Shown: in pieces, positions 17,821-27,756 of the stretch | How positions within the stretch are numbered: position 1 is the stretch's first letter | Layout of the letters: each line of letters opens with the position of its first letter | NCBI GenBank assembly: GCA_035524135.1 | Contig: DATKPM010000104.1 | Location: 27,718 to 91,717 of the forward strand | Direction of reading: 5' to 3' | Origin: Candidatus Acidiferrum sp. | Lineage (GTDB): Bacteria > Acidobacteriota > Terriglobia > Acidiferrales > UBA7541 | DNA length: 64,000 bases | Program-made: the position numbers and the translations under genes | Notes under the pieces: model-generated | Database searches by the model: none | What the model saw: the letters and a program-made list of their open reading frames with translations, nothing else | Told to the model about the DNA's origin: nothing

Positions 17821-19359
17821 ATGCTTCCACTTCATTTGCAACCGGAAAGCCACATCCCGCTGTACGTGCAACTGCGCGATCAACTGCGCGCGCTAGTACA
17901 CACGGGGGAATTGCGTGACGGCGACCGAATCCCGGCGAGCCGCGAATTGGCGGGTCAACTGGGCATCCATCGGACAACGGTGGCCAACGCGTATGCGGAG
18001 CTCGAATCCGAGGGCCTGATTCGCGGGCACGTGGGACGCGGGACGTTCATCTGCGGGAAATTGGGAAAGCAGTTTTCGCCTCCGCCGCGGACGAACGGCA
18101 ACGGCGGGGCGACGCGATGGGAATCTCTGTTTGCGGATGAGCGGGGCGACGAGGGTCTCTCGCGCCTGATGCCGGATGTGCCGGAAGGGGCGATTGCGTT
18201 CACGTGCGTGCGGCCGCCGGAGGCGCACTATCCCGTGGAGGAATTCCGGCGCTGCTGCAACGCCATGTTGCGCAGCGAAGGGAGGAAGATTCTCCAACTC
18301 GGGTCGACGGACGGATTTGAAGCTCTGAAGAGCGAACTGCTGAAGATGCTGCAGCGCGAGGGGCTGAACTTCCGCAGCGAGCAACTCCTGATCACGGATG
18401 GGTGCCAGCAGGCGCTGGATTTGATCTGCAAAGCTTTCCTGCGGCCGGGCGATTCGGTGGCTGTGGAAAATCCCGCCTATCCGGGGGCGCTGGCGATTTT
18501 TTCGGGCGCGCGGGTGCGAATTCTCCCCGTAGGCGTCGAGACGGATGCGCGGCGGTCGGGACATACGGGCATGTCGCTCGACGAACTGGAATCCGTCCTG
18601 TTGCAGAATCGCGTGAAATTCATTTTCGCGACGCCGGATTTTCAGAATCCCACGGGGACGGCGTTGCCGCTCGAACAACGGCGGGCGCTTCTGGAAATTG
18701 CCGCCCACTATCAAACACCGGTGATCGAGGACGCGATTTATTCGCGAATCCGGTTGCGCGGCAGCGCGCTGCCGACGCTGAAGGCGCTCGACCGGATGGG
18801 CAATGTGATCCAGGTGGACAGCTTCTCGAAGATCGCGTTTCCGGGGTTGCGCGTCGGATGGTGCATTGGAGCGGAGAGCGCGATTGAGCGGCTGCGGCTG
18901 GTGAAGCTGGCGACGGATTTGCATACCGACCAACTGGCGCAGGCGACGCTGGCGGAATTTATGAGGCGTGGCTGCTTGACGCGGCACGCCGCGAAGATGA
19001 AGAAGCTTTATCTTCGCCGGCTGGAAGCGATGGAAGAGGCGCTCGCGAAATACATGCCGGAAGGGACGATTTGGACGAAGCCGGAAGGCGGGATGGCCGT
19101 GTGGGTCACGCTGCCCGCCGGATTTGACGCGGCGGAACTGCTGATTCACGTGAGAGAGCGGGGCGTATACTTCATTCCGGGAAGAGTTTTCTACGCACAG
19201 AATCCGCAGCCAAATACTTTGCGGCTGGGGTTCGCGAATCTCGAGGAGAAAGTGCTGAGGCGCGGGGTGCAAATCCTTGGCGAGCAACTGCGGATCGAAT
19301 TGCGCAAGCGGCAGCGAGGAGCAAGGCATGAAGCAATGTCGCGCGTGGCGCTGGTGTAA
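17821..19359 (+). CDS. pdxR: MocR/PdxR-type regulator (GntR HTH fused to a fold-type-I aminotransferase-like domain)
   Basis: A GntR wHTH (IPASRELAGQLGIHRTTVANAYAELESEGLI) plus an AAT-like domain with a PLP-lysine context (DSFSKIAFPGLRVGW). It lies directly upstream of pdxS/pdxT. The first ATG is at 17821. The track TTG at 17800 lies within the predicted -10 box. Confidence 0.85.
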   Translation: MLPLHLQPESHIPLYVQLRDQLRALVHTGELRDGDRIPASRELAGQLGIHRTTVANAYAELESEGLIRGHVGRGTFICGKLGKQFSPPPRTNGNGGATRWESLFADERGDEGLSRLMPDVPEGAIAFTCVRPPEAHYPVEEFRRCCNAMLRSEGRKILQLGSTDGFEALKSELLKMLQREGLNFRSEQLLITDGCQQALDLICKAFLRPGDSVAVENPAYPGALAIFSGARVRILPVGVETDARRSGHTGMSLDELESVLLQNRVKFIFATPDFQNPTGTALPLEQRRALLEIAAHYQTPVIEDAIYSRIRLRGSALPTLKALDRMGNVIQVDSFSKIAFPGLRVGWCIGAESAIERLRLVKLATDLHTDQLAQATLAEFMRRGCLTRHAAKMKKLYLRRLEAMEEALAKYMPEGTIWTKPEGGMAVWVTLPAGFDAAELLIHVRERGVYFIPGRVFYAQNPQPNTLRLGFANLEEKVLRRGVQILGEQLRIELRKRQRGARHEAMSRVALV

Positions 19360-19424
19360 GAGCGGACGGGGACGAGCCTGGCCGATAGGCGGCACGAAAT
19401 TTTGAAGTTCAAGGGAGACGGAAA

Positions 19425-20315
19425 ATGGATTTGATGAACAACAACCTGTGGCGCGTGAAGGTCGGACTGGCGGAAATGCTAAAGGGCGGCGTCATCATGG
19501 ACGTCACGACAGCAGAGCAGGCGAAGATCGCCGAGGAAGCGGGCGCCTGCGCAGTGATGGCGCTGGAACGCGTCCCCTCCGACATTCGCAAGGAAGGCGG
19601 GGTGGCGCGGATGGCGGCGCCGCGGATTATCCGCGAGATCGAGAACGCCGTGTCGATTCCCGTGATGGCTAAGGTGCGGATCGGACATTTTGCCGAAGCG
19701 CAAGTGCTGGAAGCGCTCGAAGTGGATTACATCGACGAAAGCGAAGTGCTGACGCCGGCGGATGAGGAGCATCACGTGTGGAAGCACGGGTTCAAGGTGC
19801 CGTTCGTTTGCGGCGCGCGCAATCTGGGCGAGGCGTTGCGGCGGATTGCGGAAGGCGCGGCGATGATTCGCACGAAGGGCGAGGCGGGGTCGGGAAACAT
19901 CGTCGAGGCCGTGCGGCATCTGCGCGCGATTATCGGGCAAATGAAGAGGCTGACGACGCTGGGCGAGGAAGAATTGGTTCATGAGGCGAAGGAATTGGGC
20001 GCGCCGCTGGAACTGGTGGCGTGGGTGGCGAAGCACGGGAAGCTGCCGGTGCCGAATTTTTCGGCGGGCGGCGTAGCGACTCCGGCCGATGCGGCGCTGG
20101 TGATGCAATTGGGCGCGGAAGCGGTGTTTGTAGGCTCGGGGATTTTCAAGTCGAGCGATCCGGCGCAGCGCGCGCGGGCGATTGTGAAAGCGACGACGCA
20201 TTACAAGGATGCGAAGATTGTCCTCGAAGCATCGGAGGAGCTGGGCGAGGCGATGAAGGGAATCGACGTCCGGCAGCTCGATGAGAAGGACCTGCTGCAG
20301 ACCCGCGGCTGGTAG
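19425..20315 (+). CDS. pdxS: Pyridoxal 5'-phosphate synthase lyase subunit PdxS
   Basis: 296 aa. Contains [19 protein letters not shown] and [10 protein letters not shown], a highly conserved PdxS/SNZ sequence. Confidence 0.95.
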   Translation: MDLMNNNLWRVKVGLAEMLKGGVIMDVTTAEQAKIAEEAGACAVMALERVPSDIRKEGGVARMAAPRIIREIENAVSIPVMAKVRIGHFAEAQVLEALEVDYIDESEVLTPADEEHHVWKHGFKVPFVCGARNLGEALRRIAEGAAMIRTKGEAGSGNIVEAVRHLRAIIGQMKRLTTLGEEELVHEAKELGAPLELVAWVAKHGKLPVPNFSAGGVATPADAALVMQLGAEAVFVGSGIFKSSDPAQRARAIVKATTHYKDAKIVLEASEELGEAMKGIDVRQLDEKDLLQTRGW

Positions 20316-20406
20316 GCGTAAAGCGGCAGCCTCCGGAAGAGTCCTGTCGACACAAAGAGCTTTGCTCCATCGCGGAGGCTGAACGCGCGGTGCGGCCCGG
20401 AAGACT

Positions 20407-20979
20407 ATGAAAATCGGCATTGTGGCAATTCAGGGCGATTTTGAGGCGCATGCGGCGATGCTCGAGAAATTGGGCGTGGAGCATCCCTACGTGCGGACGC
20501 CGAAGGACCTGGAAGGACTTGACGGCGTAATCCTGCCGGGCGGCGAGAGTTCGACGCACCTGAAGGTGATGAAGGAAGAAGGGTTGTTTGACGCCTTGAA
20601 GAATTTTGCCGGGAAGGGCGGAGCCATCTACGGCACTTGCGCGGGCGTAATTTTGCTGGCGCGTGAGGTGCACAACCCGGCGCAGGATTCTCTTGGGCTG
20701 CTCGACGTTTCGGTGCTGCGGAACGGATACGGAAGGCAGCTTGCGAGCGACGTGCATAAAGCAAAGACAACGCTTCGAGAGGAGCCGCTGGAGATGGTGT
20801 TCATCCGCGCGCCGATCATCGAATCGAGCGGCGCGGGAGTGGAGATTCTTGCGGAAGACGAAAGGCACCCGGTGCTCGTGCGGCAGGGAAAAATTTTGGC
20901 TTCGACGTTTCATCCCGAATTGACTTCGGATACGACAATCCACGGGTACTTCTGTAGAATAGCGGGCAATGGCCACTGA
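20407..20979 (+). CDS. pdxT: Pyridoxal 5'-phosphate synthase glutaminase subunit PdxT
   Basis: 190 aa. Contains MKIGIVAIQGDF, GTCAG (catalytic Cys) and FHPE (His/Glu). Confidence 0.95.
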   Translation: MKIGIVAIQGDFEAHAAMLEKLGVEHPYVRTPKDLEGLDGVILPGGESSTHLKVMKEEGLFDALKNFAGKGGAIYGTCAGVILLAREVHNPAQDSLGLLDVSVLRNGYGRQLASDVHKAKTTLREEPLEMVFIRAPIIESSGAGVEILAEDERHPVLVRQGKILASTFHPELTSDTTIHGYFCRIAGNGH

Positions 20980-21400
20980 AATTGCATACATGCGAAAGCG
21001 GGTGCTGTTTGTGTGCATGGGCAACTGCGTCCGCAGCCAAATGGCGGAGGCGCTGGCGCGGCACCTTGCAGCGGATGTGATTCTTGCGGAGAGCGCGGGG
21101 ATTCACCCGCTCGGGTTTATCGACCCGACGACGCTTGAGGTGTTGAAGGAAGAGGGAATCTCGTGCGACGGCCAGTATTCCAAAGGACTCCGGAACTCGC
21201 ACGTGGAGACGCCCGACCTGATCGTCAATATGAGCGGGTTGCCGGGGAAAGGGCTATTCCACGGCAAGGTGTATGAAGATTGGCAGGTGCAGGACCCGTT
21301 CGGCGAAAGCGAAGAAACCCACAGGCGGATCTTTTCGGAAATCCGCGACCGCGTGAAGCTGCTGGCCGAGCGTTTCCGCGCGGCGCTGGCTGAGGCGTGA
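20969..21400 (+). CDS. Low-molecular-weight protein-tyrosine phosphatase / ArsC-like
   Basis: CX5R(S) P-loop VCMGNCVRS. Overlaps the pdxT end by 11 nt. An alternative start at ATG 20990 would remove the overlap. Confidence 0.8.
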   Translation: MATEIAYMRKRVLFVCMGNCVRSQMAEALARHLAADVILAESAGIHPLGFIDPTTLEVLKEEGISCDGQYSKGLRNSHVETPDLIVNMSGLPGKGLFHGKVYEDWQVQDPFGESEETHRRIFSEIRDRVKLLAERFRAALAEA

Positions 21401-21427
21401 GATCGTGGGGCAAGAGAAGCGCGGGGA

Positions 21428-24208
21428 TCAGCCGGTGTTATGGAGACCGGCAGCAATGCCGTTCATTGTGGCGCCAAGACAGTAATTGAGTTCGTCGGAG
21501 TCTTCTCCCGACCGCTTGCGCTTCAGAAGTTCCACCTGAATCAAACTCATCGGATCGACGTAGGGATTGCGCAACTTGATGGAGCGCGAAAGAACTGCGT
21601 TCTTTTCGAGAAGCTCCTTCTGATTTTTCACGCGCAGAAGTTCGGAGCGAGTCCGGAGAAACTCTTCCGAAAGCATTGAGAAAACGCGCTCGCGGAGACT
21701 TTCGTCCTGGACAAGGCCGGCGTAGAGGCGTGCAATGCCCATATCGGCCTTAGCCATGGCCAGCTCCACGTTGCGCAGCATGGTGAAGAAAAGAGGAAAT
21801 TGGCCGACCATTTCCTGCAACAGGCGTTCGTTCGCCACGGACGAATTGCGAAAGCGTTCGAGAGCGCGTCCGACGCCGAACCACGCGGGAACGGCATGCC
21901 TGCTTTGCATCCAACCAAACACCCAGGGAATTGCGCGGAGATCTTCGAGGCGGCGGCTGGAGCTGCGGCGCGAGGGGCGAGAGCCGATGCGCAGATTATC
22001 GAGCTCGTTTACAGGCGTCGCCTGTTCGAAGTATTCGAGAACTTCGGGATTTTCGGCAATCTGGCGGCGATAGAAATCGTAGGCGGCCTGCGACATTTCC
22101 TCCATGGCTGCCGACCATCTGTCGGAGTCCTCCTTGCGCGGAAGCTGCGGATGCAAGAGAGCTTCGAGACTCGAAGAGATCATCAGCTCGAGATTCCACT
22201 CGGCGAGGAGCGGGTCGGCATATTTCCAGTTCAAGACTTCACCCTGTTCGGTGATGCGAATCCAGCCAGCGAAATCGCCGGGCGGCTGCGCCAGAATGGC
22301 GGCGTGAGTCGGCCCGCCACCGCGGCCGACGGTGCCTCCGCGACCATGAAACAACCGCAGCTTGACGCGCGTTTCGCGGGCGGCCTCGTGAAGAGCGGCG
22401 TGGGCTTTGTAGAGTTCCCACGTGCTGGTCAACATTCCACCGTCTTTATTTGAATCCGAATAACCGAGCATGACTTCTTGCCAGCGTCCCCAGGAGTCGA
22501 GAAGAGGCTGGAACCCGGGGCGTTGCCAGATGCGGCGCATGACGCCCGCGGCCCCACGCAGGGAAGCGATGGATTCAAACAGAGGAACGGGCATCAGACC
22601 GGGATCGGACTTCGTACCGGCGGCGGAGACGCCGCCAATTTCAGCGAGGCGGAGGACCGTGAAATAGTCCTGCTCGTTTTCGGTGGCACTGATTATGTAG
22701 CTGCGCAGGCTCTCCGGAGGGTATGCAGCCTTCAGGCGCGCGATGGTGCGAAAGGTGTCCAGGACTTCGAGGGTTGCGTCGGAAAGGCCCCCACGGAGCT
22801 CCGAGACGTTGCGGCCGACGGTCGCGGCAGCAGCGAGCTCGGCGAGAGCGCGCTCGTGAACGCGGGCGTGCTGGCGGACGTCGAGCGTGTGGAGGTGAAA
22901 GCCGAACGTGCGGACTTTGCGGATGAGCGGATCGACCTCGAGCGCAGCGAGGCGAAGGGCGCGGTTGTCAGCCAGACTTTCGCGAATCAGCAACAGGTCG
23001 TCGAGGAAATCCTTCGGAGATTCGTAAGCCTCGAGCGATTTGGAATTATTTTCCGCGGCGCGCAAGCGGTGCGACACGTAGCCGAGAAAACGGCGATAGA
23101 TTTCTTCCGGAGAACGCGTCGCCCACTCAAAGTGAACGTCTTCCATCTGATCTTCGTAGAGCTTGATTCTTTCCAGAAGGGAATCCGAGGCTCCAATTTG
23201 GTGAAGCGAACTGCTGAGACGCTCGGTCAGCTTCGCAAGATCGCGCAGATACTCCTGCAAGATCGCCGCGCGGGCGGAGCGCAACGCTTCTTCGGTGGAA
23301 CGCGCCGTGACAAAGGGATTTCCATCGCGGTCGCCGCCAACCCAAGAGCCAAAACGGACGACGGTAGGAAACTCCATCTCGTCCTGGGGGCGGCCGAATA
23401 TCTCGGAGAAAGAGTCGCGCAACTCCCGATAAAGATGCGGAAGCGCTTCAAACAAGGACATCGAGTAATACGAGACGCCCATGAAGATTTCGTCGCTCAC
23501 AGTGGGCTTCATCAAGCGGACTTCGTCGGTCTGCCAGAGAGCGGTGACCTCGGCAAGGATGGCCAACTCATATTCGGTGGCGGCGGCATCCGGGAGTGGA
23601 AGACGGTCGAGTTTTTCGAGGCACTCGGCGACGCGCATACGCTTGAGGAGGACCGTACGGCGAGCAACCTCGGTGGGATGCGCGGTAAAAACTGGCTCTG
23701 CGGTGATGCCGCGCAAGGCTTGCAGGGCTTGATCGGCGGTGACACCCGCGTCGCGGAGGCGGATTAGGGTGCCTCGGAAAGAGCCCTCGAGAGGTGTGGC
23801 GGCGGACTGCACCTGATGAGCGCGGCGGCGGCGCTTGCGATGATTGGTCTCCGCGAGGTTCGTCAACTCGAAGTAGATGGCGAAGGCCTTTGTGACGTGA
23901 TACGAGGCGGACAAATCCATTCTGGCAACGGTTTCTTTGGCGCGCTGAAGAAGTGAATCATCGCCTGCGGAGGATTGCGAGCCAGCAACGAACTGATCGC
24001 GATGCTGGATCATGAGACGACGAAGAGTCTCGACCTTCTCAAGCAGAGGTTCACCCGACTGTTCGAGGAGGACGCGGCCGAGAAGACGGCCGAGAGAGCG
24101 GACATCACGGCGAAGAGGCAGCTCCTTATCCGCGCTGGCGCGCGAGGCAGTCAGTTCAGTGAGACGGCCAGCCTGGTCGGCGGCAGCCCATAGAGGGGAT
24201 TCCGTCAT
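21428..24208 (-). CDS. ppc: Phosphoenolpyruvate carboxylase
   Basis: 926 aa. Contains VFTAHPTE, GYSDSNKDGG, FHGRGGTVGRGGGP and a C-terminal NTG. Confidence 0.95.
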   Translation of the reverse strand: MTESPLWAAADQAGRLTELTASRASADKELPLRRDVRSLGRLLGRVLLEQSGEPLLEKVETLRRLMIQHRDQFVAGSQSSAGDDSLLQRAKETVARMDLSASYHVTKAFAIYFELTNLAETNHRKRRRRAHQVQSAATPLEGSFRGTLIRLRDAGVTADQALQALRGITAEPVFTAHPTEVARRTVLLKRMRVAECLEKLDRLPLPDAAATEYELAILAEVTALWQTDEVRLMKPTVSDEIFMGVSYYSMSLFEALPHLYRELRDSFSEIFGRPQDEMEFPTVVRFGSWVGGDRDGNPFVTARSTEEALRSARAAILQEYLRDLAKLTERLSSSLHQIGASDSLLERIKLYEDQMEDVHFEWATRSPEEIYRRFLGYVSHRLRAAENNSKSLEAYESPKDFLDDLLLIRESLADNRALRLAALEVDPLIRKVRTFGFHLHTLDVRQHARVHERALAELAAAATVGRNVSELRGGLSDATLEVLDTFRTIARLKAAYPPESLRSYIISATENEQDYFTVLRLAEIGGVSAAGTKSDPGLMPVPLFESIASLRGAAGVMRRIWQRPGFQPLLDSWGRWQEVMLGYSDSNKDGGMLTSTWELYKAHAALHEAARETRVKLRLFHGRGGTVGRGGGPTHAAILAQPPGDFAGWIRITEQGEVLNWKYADPLLAEWNLELMISSSLEALLHPQLPRKEDSDRWSAAMEEMSQAAYDFYRRQIAENPEVLEYFEQATPVNELDNLRIGSRPSRRSSSRRLEDLRAIPWVFGWMQSRHAVPAWFGVGRALERFRNSSVANERLLQEMVGQFPLFFTMLRNVELAMAKADMGIARLYAGLVQDESLRERVFSMLSEEFLRTRSELLRVKNQKELLEKNAVLSRSIKLRNPYVDPMSLIQVELLKRKRSGEDSDELNYCLGATMNGIAAGLHNTG

Positions 24209-24343
24209 ACCTCATTGATACCACAGGTTTTTCCGATGATTCCCCGCGAAGCGTGAAGAATTTCCCATCCATGCGTTCGGAGGACAGACCAATAAACAGC
24301 AAGAGGCCTGTCGTCGGCACGTTCCGATGACCGCAAAAAGGCC

Positions 24344-25186
24344 TTACTCAGGCGCGGCCACCGGGTTTTCTACGACAGTATCGACAGGGCGAATGGTGAG
24401 CCAGTCGGTGCGGACGCGGTCCCATTCCTGAATCAGAAAACCCTGCGATTCCAAAAATTCACGGACGCGCGGACGGGTCCAGCCGACGATCTTTTCAAGG
24501 ATCGGCACGAGAACCGCAAGAGACGTGGAACTGAGAATGGTCTGCTGAGCGATCGGAGCGACGTGCTTCGATTCGGAAACGGCGATGGTGAAGCCGTCGC
24601 GAGCATTGACGTGAAGCATGACGTGGACATCCGAGCTCCCGTCTCCGGAATACACGACATGGTCCGGGCCGACTTGCAGCGCGGCTTCGAGTTGGTCAAG
24701 GACGGCGACTTTGCCGTAGCCCGCGGTCGCGCGAACGATGGACTCGATTTCCCCGGAAGCGCTGTAACGGAATTCCGTACCGAAAATATGGTCCTCGGGA
24801 AGGATGCCCTCGAGAGCCGATTGGATGACCTCGACCGGAGCGGCCGAGGTGACGTAGAAATCGAAGTGGTAGCCGGGAATTTCGCGGTCGAGAATCTCGT
24901 AGAGGCGGCGGATATCGGCCTTCAGGCGAATTCGCTTGCCCGTCTCGTGGAGATGGCTCTTGCGGACTTTGGCGCGGAATTCGGGATCGTGCAGGAGCAG
25001 ATATGCCAGCTCGGCTCCCTGCTGAACAAGGTTCAGCTTGGCCATTCCGGTCGACTTCCGCTCGAACTCCTGCGTGGGAATGCCGACGATTTCGCTGAGG
25101 ACATAGCCGCTGTCGTTGAAGGTGAGGGTCTGGTCAAAGTCGCTCGCGAAAAGGTAGTTTTTGATCAGGTTCTCGTTCATATGCAT
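24344..25186 (-). CDS. HAD-superfamily hydrolase (subfamily IB-like)
   Basis: Motif I DFDQTLT near the N-terminus and motif IV GDGSSDV. Confidence 0.75.
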   Translation of the reverse strand: MHMNENLIKNYLFASDFDQTLTFNDSGYVLSEIVGIPTQEFERKSTGMAKLNLVQQGAELAYLLLHDPEFRAKVRKSHLHETGKRIRLKADIRRLYEILDREIPGYHFDFYVTSAAPVEVIQSALEGILPEDHIFGTEFRYSASGEIESIVRATAGYGKVAVLDQLEAALQVGPDHVVYSGDGSSDVHVMLHVNARDGFTIAVSESKHVAPIAQQTILSSTSLAVLVPILEKIVGWTRPRVREFLESQGFLIQEWDRVRTDWLTIRPVDTVVENPVAAPE

Positions 25187-25498
25187 AAGCTTACCTCGAA
25201 CCTCTCTGGAATCGTTGCTTGGTTCTTTATGGTTTATCCATTAGATGCTGGGCGAACGCGGCGGGGGGATTCATATTCCCGATGCGTTCCATTACGAAGG
25301 TTTTGGTCAAAAGGTTGTAGTTCTTGAATTTGGCACCGCACGGGTGTAATTTTTGGTTTGCCGCGAGGTTCCACTGGCAAATGGCTCTTGCGCACCCACA
25401 CGGCGCCTGGTTATTCGGCCCCGGTCGCTTCTGCCAGATCGAATCCAAGACGATTTTCCCAAAGGGACAGTCGAATTTCGGGCATCAAGGAGGAATTT

Positions 25499-26998
25499 AT
25501 GGCAACTGCCGTTGCGACACCGCAGATTGACCAAAACGTCGCGAGCTTCGTCGCTCGCAAACACAAGCTTTTGATTAATGGGAAGTGGGTGGACACAGCG
25601 TCCCGAAAGACCTTCTCTACCTATAACCCGGCTACTGGCGAAGTGTTGTCAGAACTAGCGGCCGGCAATGCGGAGGATATCGACCGGGCGGTGAAGGCCG
25701 CACGAGCGGCATTCGAGACCGGTCCGTGGTCGAAAATGTCACCTTCCGAACGCGGACGCGCCATTTGGAAGCTGGGCGACCTGATCGAAAAGCACGCGGA
25801 AGAATTCGCCCAACTGGAATCACTCGACAACGGAAAGCCATTGAAAGTGGCACGCGTGGCGGATATCCCTCTTGCCGCGGATCATTTCCGGTATTACGCG
25901 GGGTGGGCGACAAAGCTAGAGGGAAACACAATCTCTTTGGGGCTGGCACCGCAAGGAAAGTTTCACGCGTATACCGTGCGGGAGCCTGTGGGCGTGGTGG
26001 GGCAGATCATCCCGTGGAATTTCCCGCTGCTGATGGCTGCCTGGAAGCTGGCGCCTGCGCTAGCTTGCGGATGCACCATCATCCTCAAGCCCGCGGAGCA
26101 AACGCCGCTGACCGCATTGCGGCTGGGCGAGCTGGTTCAGGAGGCCGGAATCCCGGATGGAGTGATCAACATTGTCACCGGATTTGGAGAGGAAGCGGGC
26201 GCACCGCTGGCCGCGCATCCCGACGTGGACAAAATTGCGTTTACGGGTTCAACGGAAGTGGGGAAATTGATCATTCAAGCTGCTGCCGGGAACTTGAAGA
26301 AAGTGTCGCTCGAATTGGGGGGGAAATCGCCCAACATCGTTTTGGATGACGCCGATATTGACAGGGCGGTACCCGGCGCAGCGAGCGCAATTTTCTTCAA
26401 TCAGGGACAGACGTGCTGCGCGGGCTCGCGACTCTACGTCGAGAAAGACATTTTCGACAAGGTTGTGGACGGCGTGGCACAACAGGCAGACAAAATTCGC
26501 CTTCGCCCGGGATTCGATCCGGAGAGCGACATGGGGCCGCTTGTTTCCGAAGAGCAGTTGAACCGCGTGTGCGGCTACATCGACTCCGGCAAGCAGGAAG
26601 GGGCGAAGGCGGTGGCGGGCGGTGCGCGGGTCGGCGACAAGGGGTATTTCGTCAAGCCGACGGTGCTCGTGAATACCAACGAAAGAATGAAGGTTGTGCG
26701 GGAAGAGATCTTCGGGCCTGTGGTGACAGCGATACCGTTCAGCGATCCGAATGAACTGATGCCCAAGGCAAACGACACGATCTACGGGCTTGCCGCGGGC
26801 ATTTGGACGCGGGATATCAAGAAGGCTCATGCGATTGCGTCCAAGCTGCGGGCGGGAACCGTATGGATCAATTGCTTCAATGTGTTCGACGCGGCGCTTC
26901 CATTTGGCGGGTACAAGCAGTCAGGATGGGGCCGCGAAATGGGGCACGAAGTGCTGAAGAATTACACGGAAGTGAAATCGGTCTGCGCCGCGCTGTAA
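25499..26998 (+). CDS. NAD(P)-dependent aldehyde dehydrogenase
   Basis: Contains [15 protein letters not shown] and the catalytic Cys context [10 protein letters not shown]. Start moved to ATG 25499, which has AAGGAGG 6 nt upstream. The track start at 25358 adds an implausible 47 aa. Confidence 0.9.
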   Translation: MATAVATPQIDQNVASFVARKHKLLINGKWVDTASRKTFSTYNPATGEVLSELAAGNAEDIDRAVKAARAAFETGPWSKMSPSERGRAIWKLGDLIEKHAEEFAQLESLDNGKPLKVARVADIPLAADHFRYYAGWATKLEGNTISLGLAPQGKFHAYTVREPVGVVGQIIPWNFPLLMAAWKLAPALACGCTIILKPAEQTPLTALRLGELVQEAGIPDGVINIVTGFGEEAGAPLAAHPDVDKIAFTGSTEVGKLIIQAAAGNLKKVSLELGGKSPNIVLDDADIDRAVPGAASAIFFNQGQTCCAGSRLYVEKDIFDKVVDGVAQQADKIRLRPGFDPESDMGPLVSEEQLNRVCGYIDSGKQEGAKAVAGGARVGDKGYFVKPTVLVNTNERMKVVREEIFGPVVTAIPFSDPNELMPKANDTIYGLAAGIWTRDIKKAHAIASKLRAGTVWINCFNVFDAALPFGGYKQSGWGREMGHEVLKNYTEVKSVCAAL

Positions 26999-27021
26999 GG
27001 GCGGTGAATCAATCGGAGAGC

Positions 27022-27052
27022 GAGAGCCCCCAGGAAGATTCTGGGGGCTCTC
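27022..27052. terminator. Bidirectional terminator hairpin between the convergent ALDH and TPR genes
   Basis: Perfect 12-bp stem: GAGAGCCCCCAG (27022-27033) pairs with CTGGGGGCTCTC (27041-27052) around a 7-nt loop. The + strand continues TCATTTGTTGG. Confidence 0.6.
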
Positions 27053-27072
27053 TCATTTGTTGGGGCCGCCGA

Positions 27073-27432
27073 CTACTGCCCCTGCTTGGATTTTTGTTCC
27101 TTCAATTGTTGCTTCCAGCCGAGGATCCGCGCCTTGTTTCCAGCCTCTTCCGCTTCGGGAACCATCCCTTTGCGCTGAAAGGCGCGGGAAATGGCGGTCC
27201 AGGCAAGGATGTCGTCGGCATCGATTTCGAGGATTTTGCGAGCTGTTTCAATCGCCCGGTCAAATTCGCCTTTCGCATGGTACGCTTGCGCGAGACCATG
27301 CAATGCATCGACAAAACGAGGCTCGATGGCGAGAGCCCGCTCGTATTCGGCGATGGCCTCGTCGAGTTTTCCTTCACCGAAGAAGTCGATTCCCGAGTAG
27401 TAGTGATCTTCCGCGCTTGCGGGAGAGGTCAT
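27073..27432 (-). CDS. Small tetratricopeptide-repeat (TPR) protein
   Basis: 119 aa with three TPR-like units (GKLDEAIAEYERALAIEP, ALHGLAQAYHAKGEFDRAIE, AWTAISRAFQRKG). Confidence 0.8.
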   Translation of the reverse strand: MTSPASAEDHYYSGIDFFGEGKLDEAIAEYERALAIEPRFVDALHGLAQAYHAKGEFDRAIETARKILEIDADDILAWTAISRAFQRKGMVPEAEEAGNKARILGWKQQLKEQKSKQGQ

Positions 27433-27500
27433 GGCGGATTCGTCTCCGATGTGGAAATTCTATCATCACGACCGGAGACGGCCCGAGCCACATCACGCGT

Positions 27501-27719
27501 ATGCTGAACGCTCTTCGCTATTACTGGATTATCGCGAAAGGGCATCGATTGAGGCCGTGGACTTCGCCTTACATCCAATGGCGGCTGGAAACATTCTTCG
27601 GCAATGAGGCCGCGGGATTGACGGCGAGCAAATTCTTCGGACTCATGTGGCGGAACAGGGACAGAATGGAACATTTTTTGGACTGGGTGGAGGATTCGAG
27701 AAGGCGAACCCGGCATTGA
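27501..27719 (+). CDS. Hypothetical 72-aa Trp/Arg-rich protein
   Basis: MLNALRYYWIIAKGHRLRPWTSPYIQWRLETFFGNEAAGLTASKFFGLMWRNRDRMEHFLDWVEDSRRRTRH. Coding-like codon pattern but no clear SD. This is the only plausible start in that frame after the divergent TPR gene. Confidence 0.35.
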   Translation: MLNALRYYWIIAKGHRLRPWTSPYIQWRLETFFGNEAAGLTASKFFGLMWRNRDRMEHFLDWVEDSRRRTRH

Positions 27720-27756
27720 GCGGAAGCCGTAGGTTCCCGGTTTTGCAGGAGTATAA

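Noticed and set aside
17893-19395. A 500-aa ORF on the - strand, antisense to pdxR.
   Set aside because: The translation is extremely Arg/Pro/His-rich and low in complexity. It lies fully inside a gene with clear family motifs on the other strand. This is the typical GC-rich antisense shadow ORF. The same reasoning applies to 22478..23767 (antisense to ppc), 41440..42762 (amidohydrolase), 27772..28857 (radical SAM), 19479..20420 (pdxS), 51102..52151 (speB), 56239..57537 (MocR), 3814..4662, 5382..6221, 636..1571 and 12..554.
25331-25346. TGGCAC motifs resembling sigma-54 -24 elements (TGGCACCGCACGGGTG). The same check was made near 31899.
   Set aside because: The -12 GC element is not at the required GG-N10-GC spacing in either case, so neither is a sigma-54 promoter.
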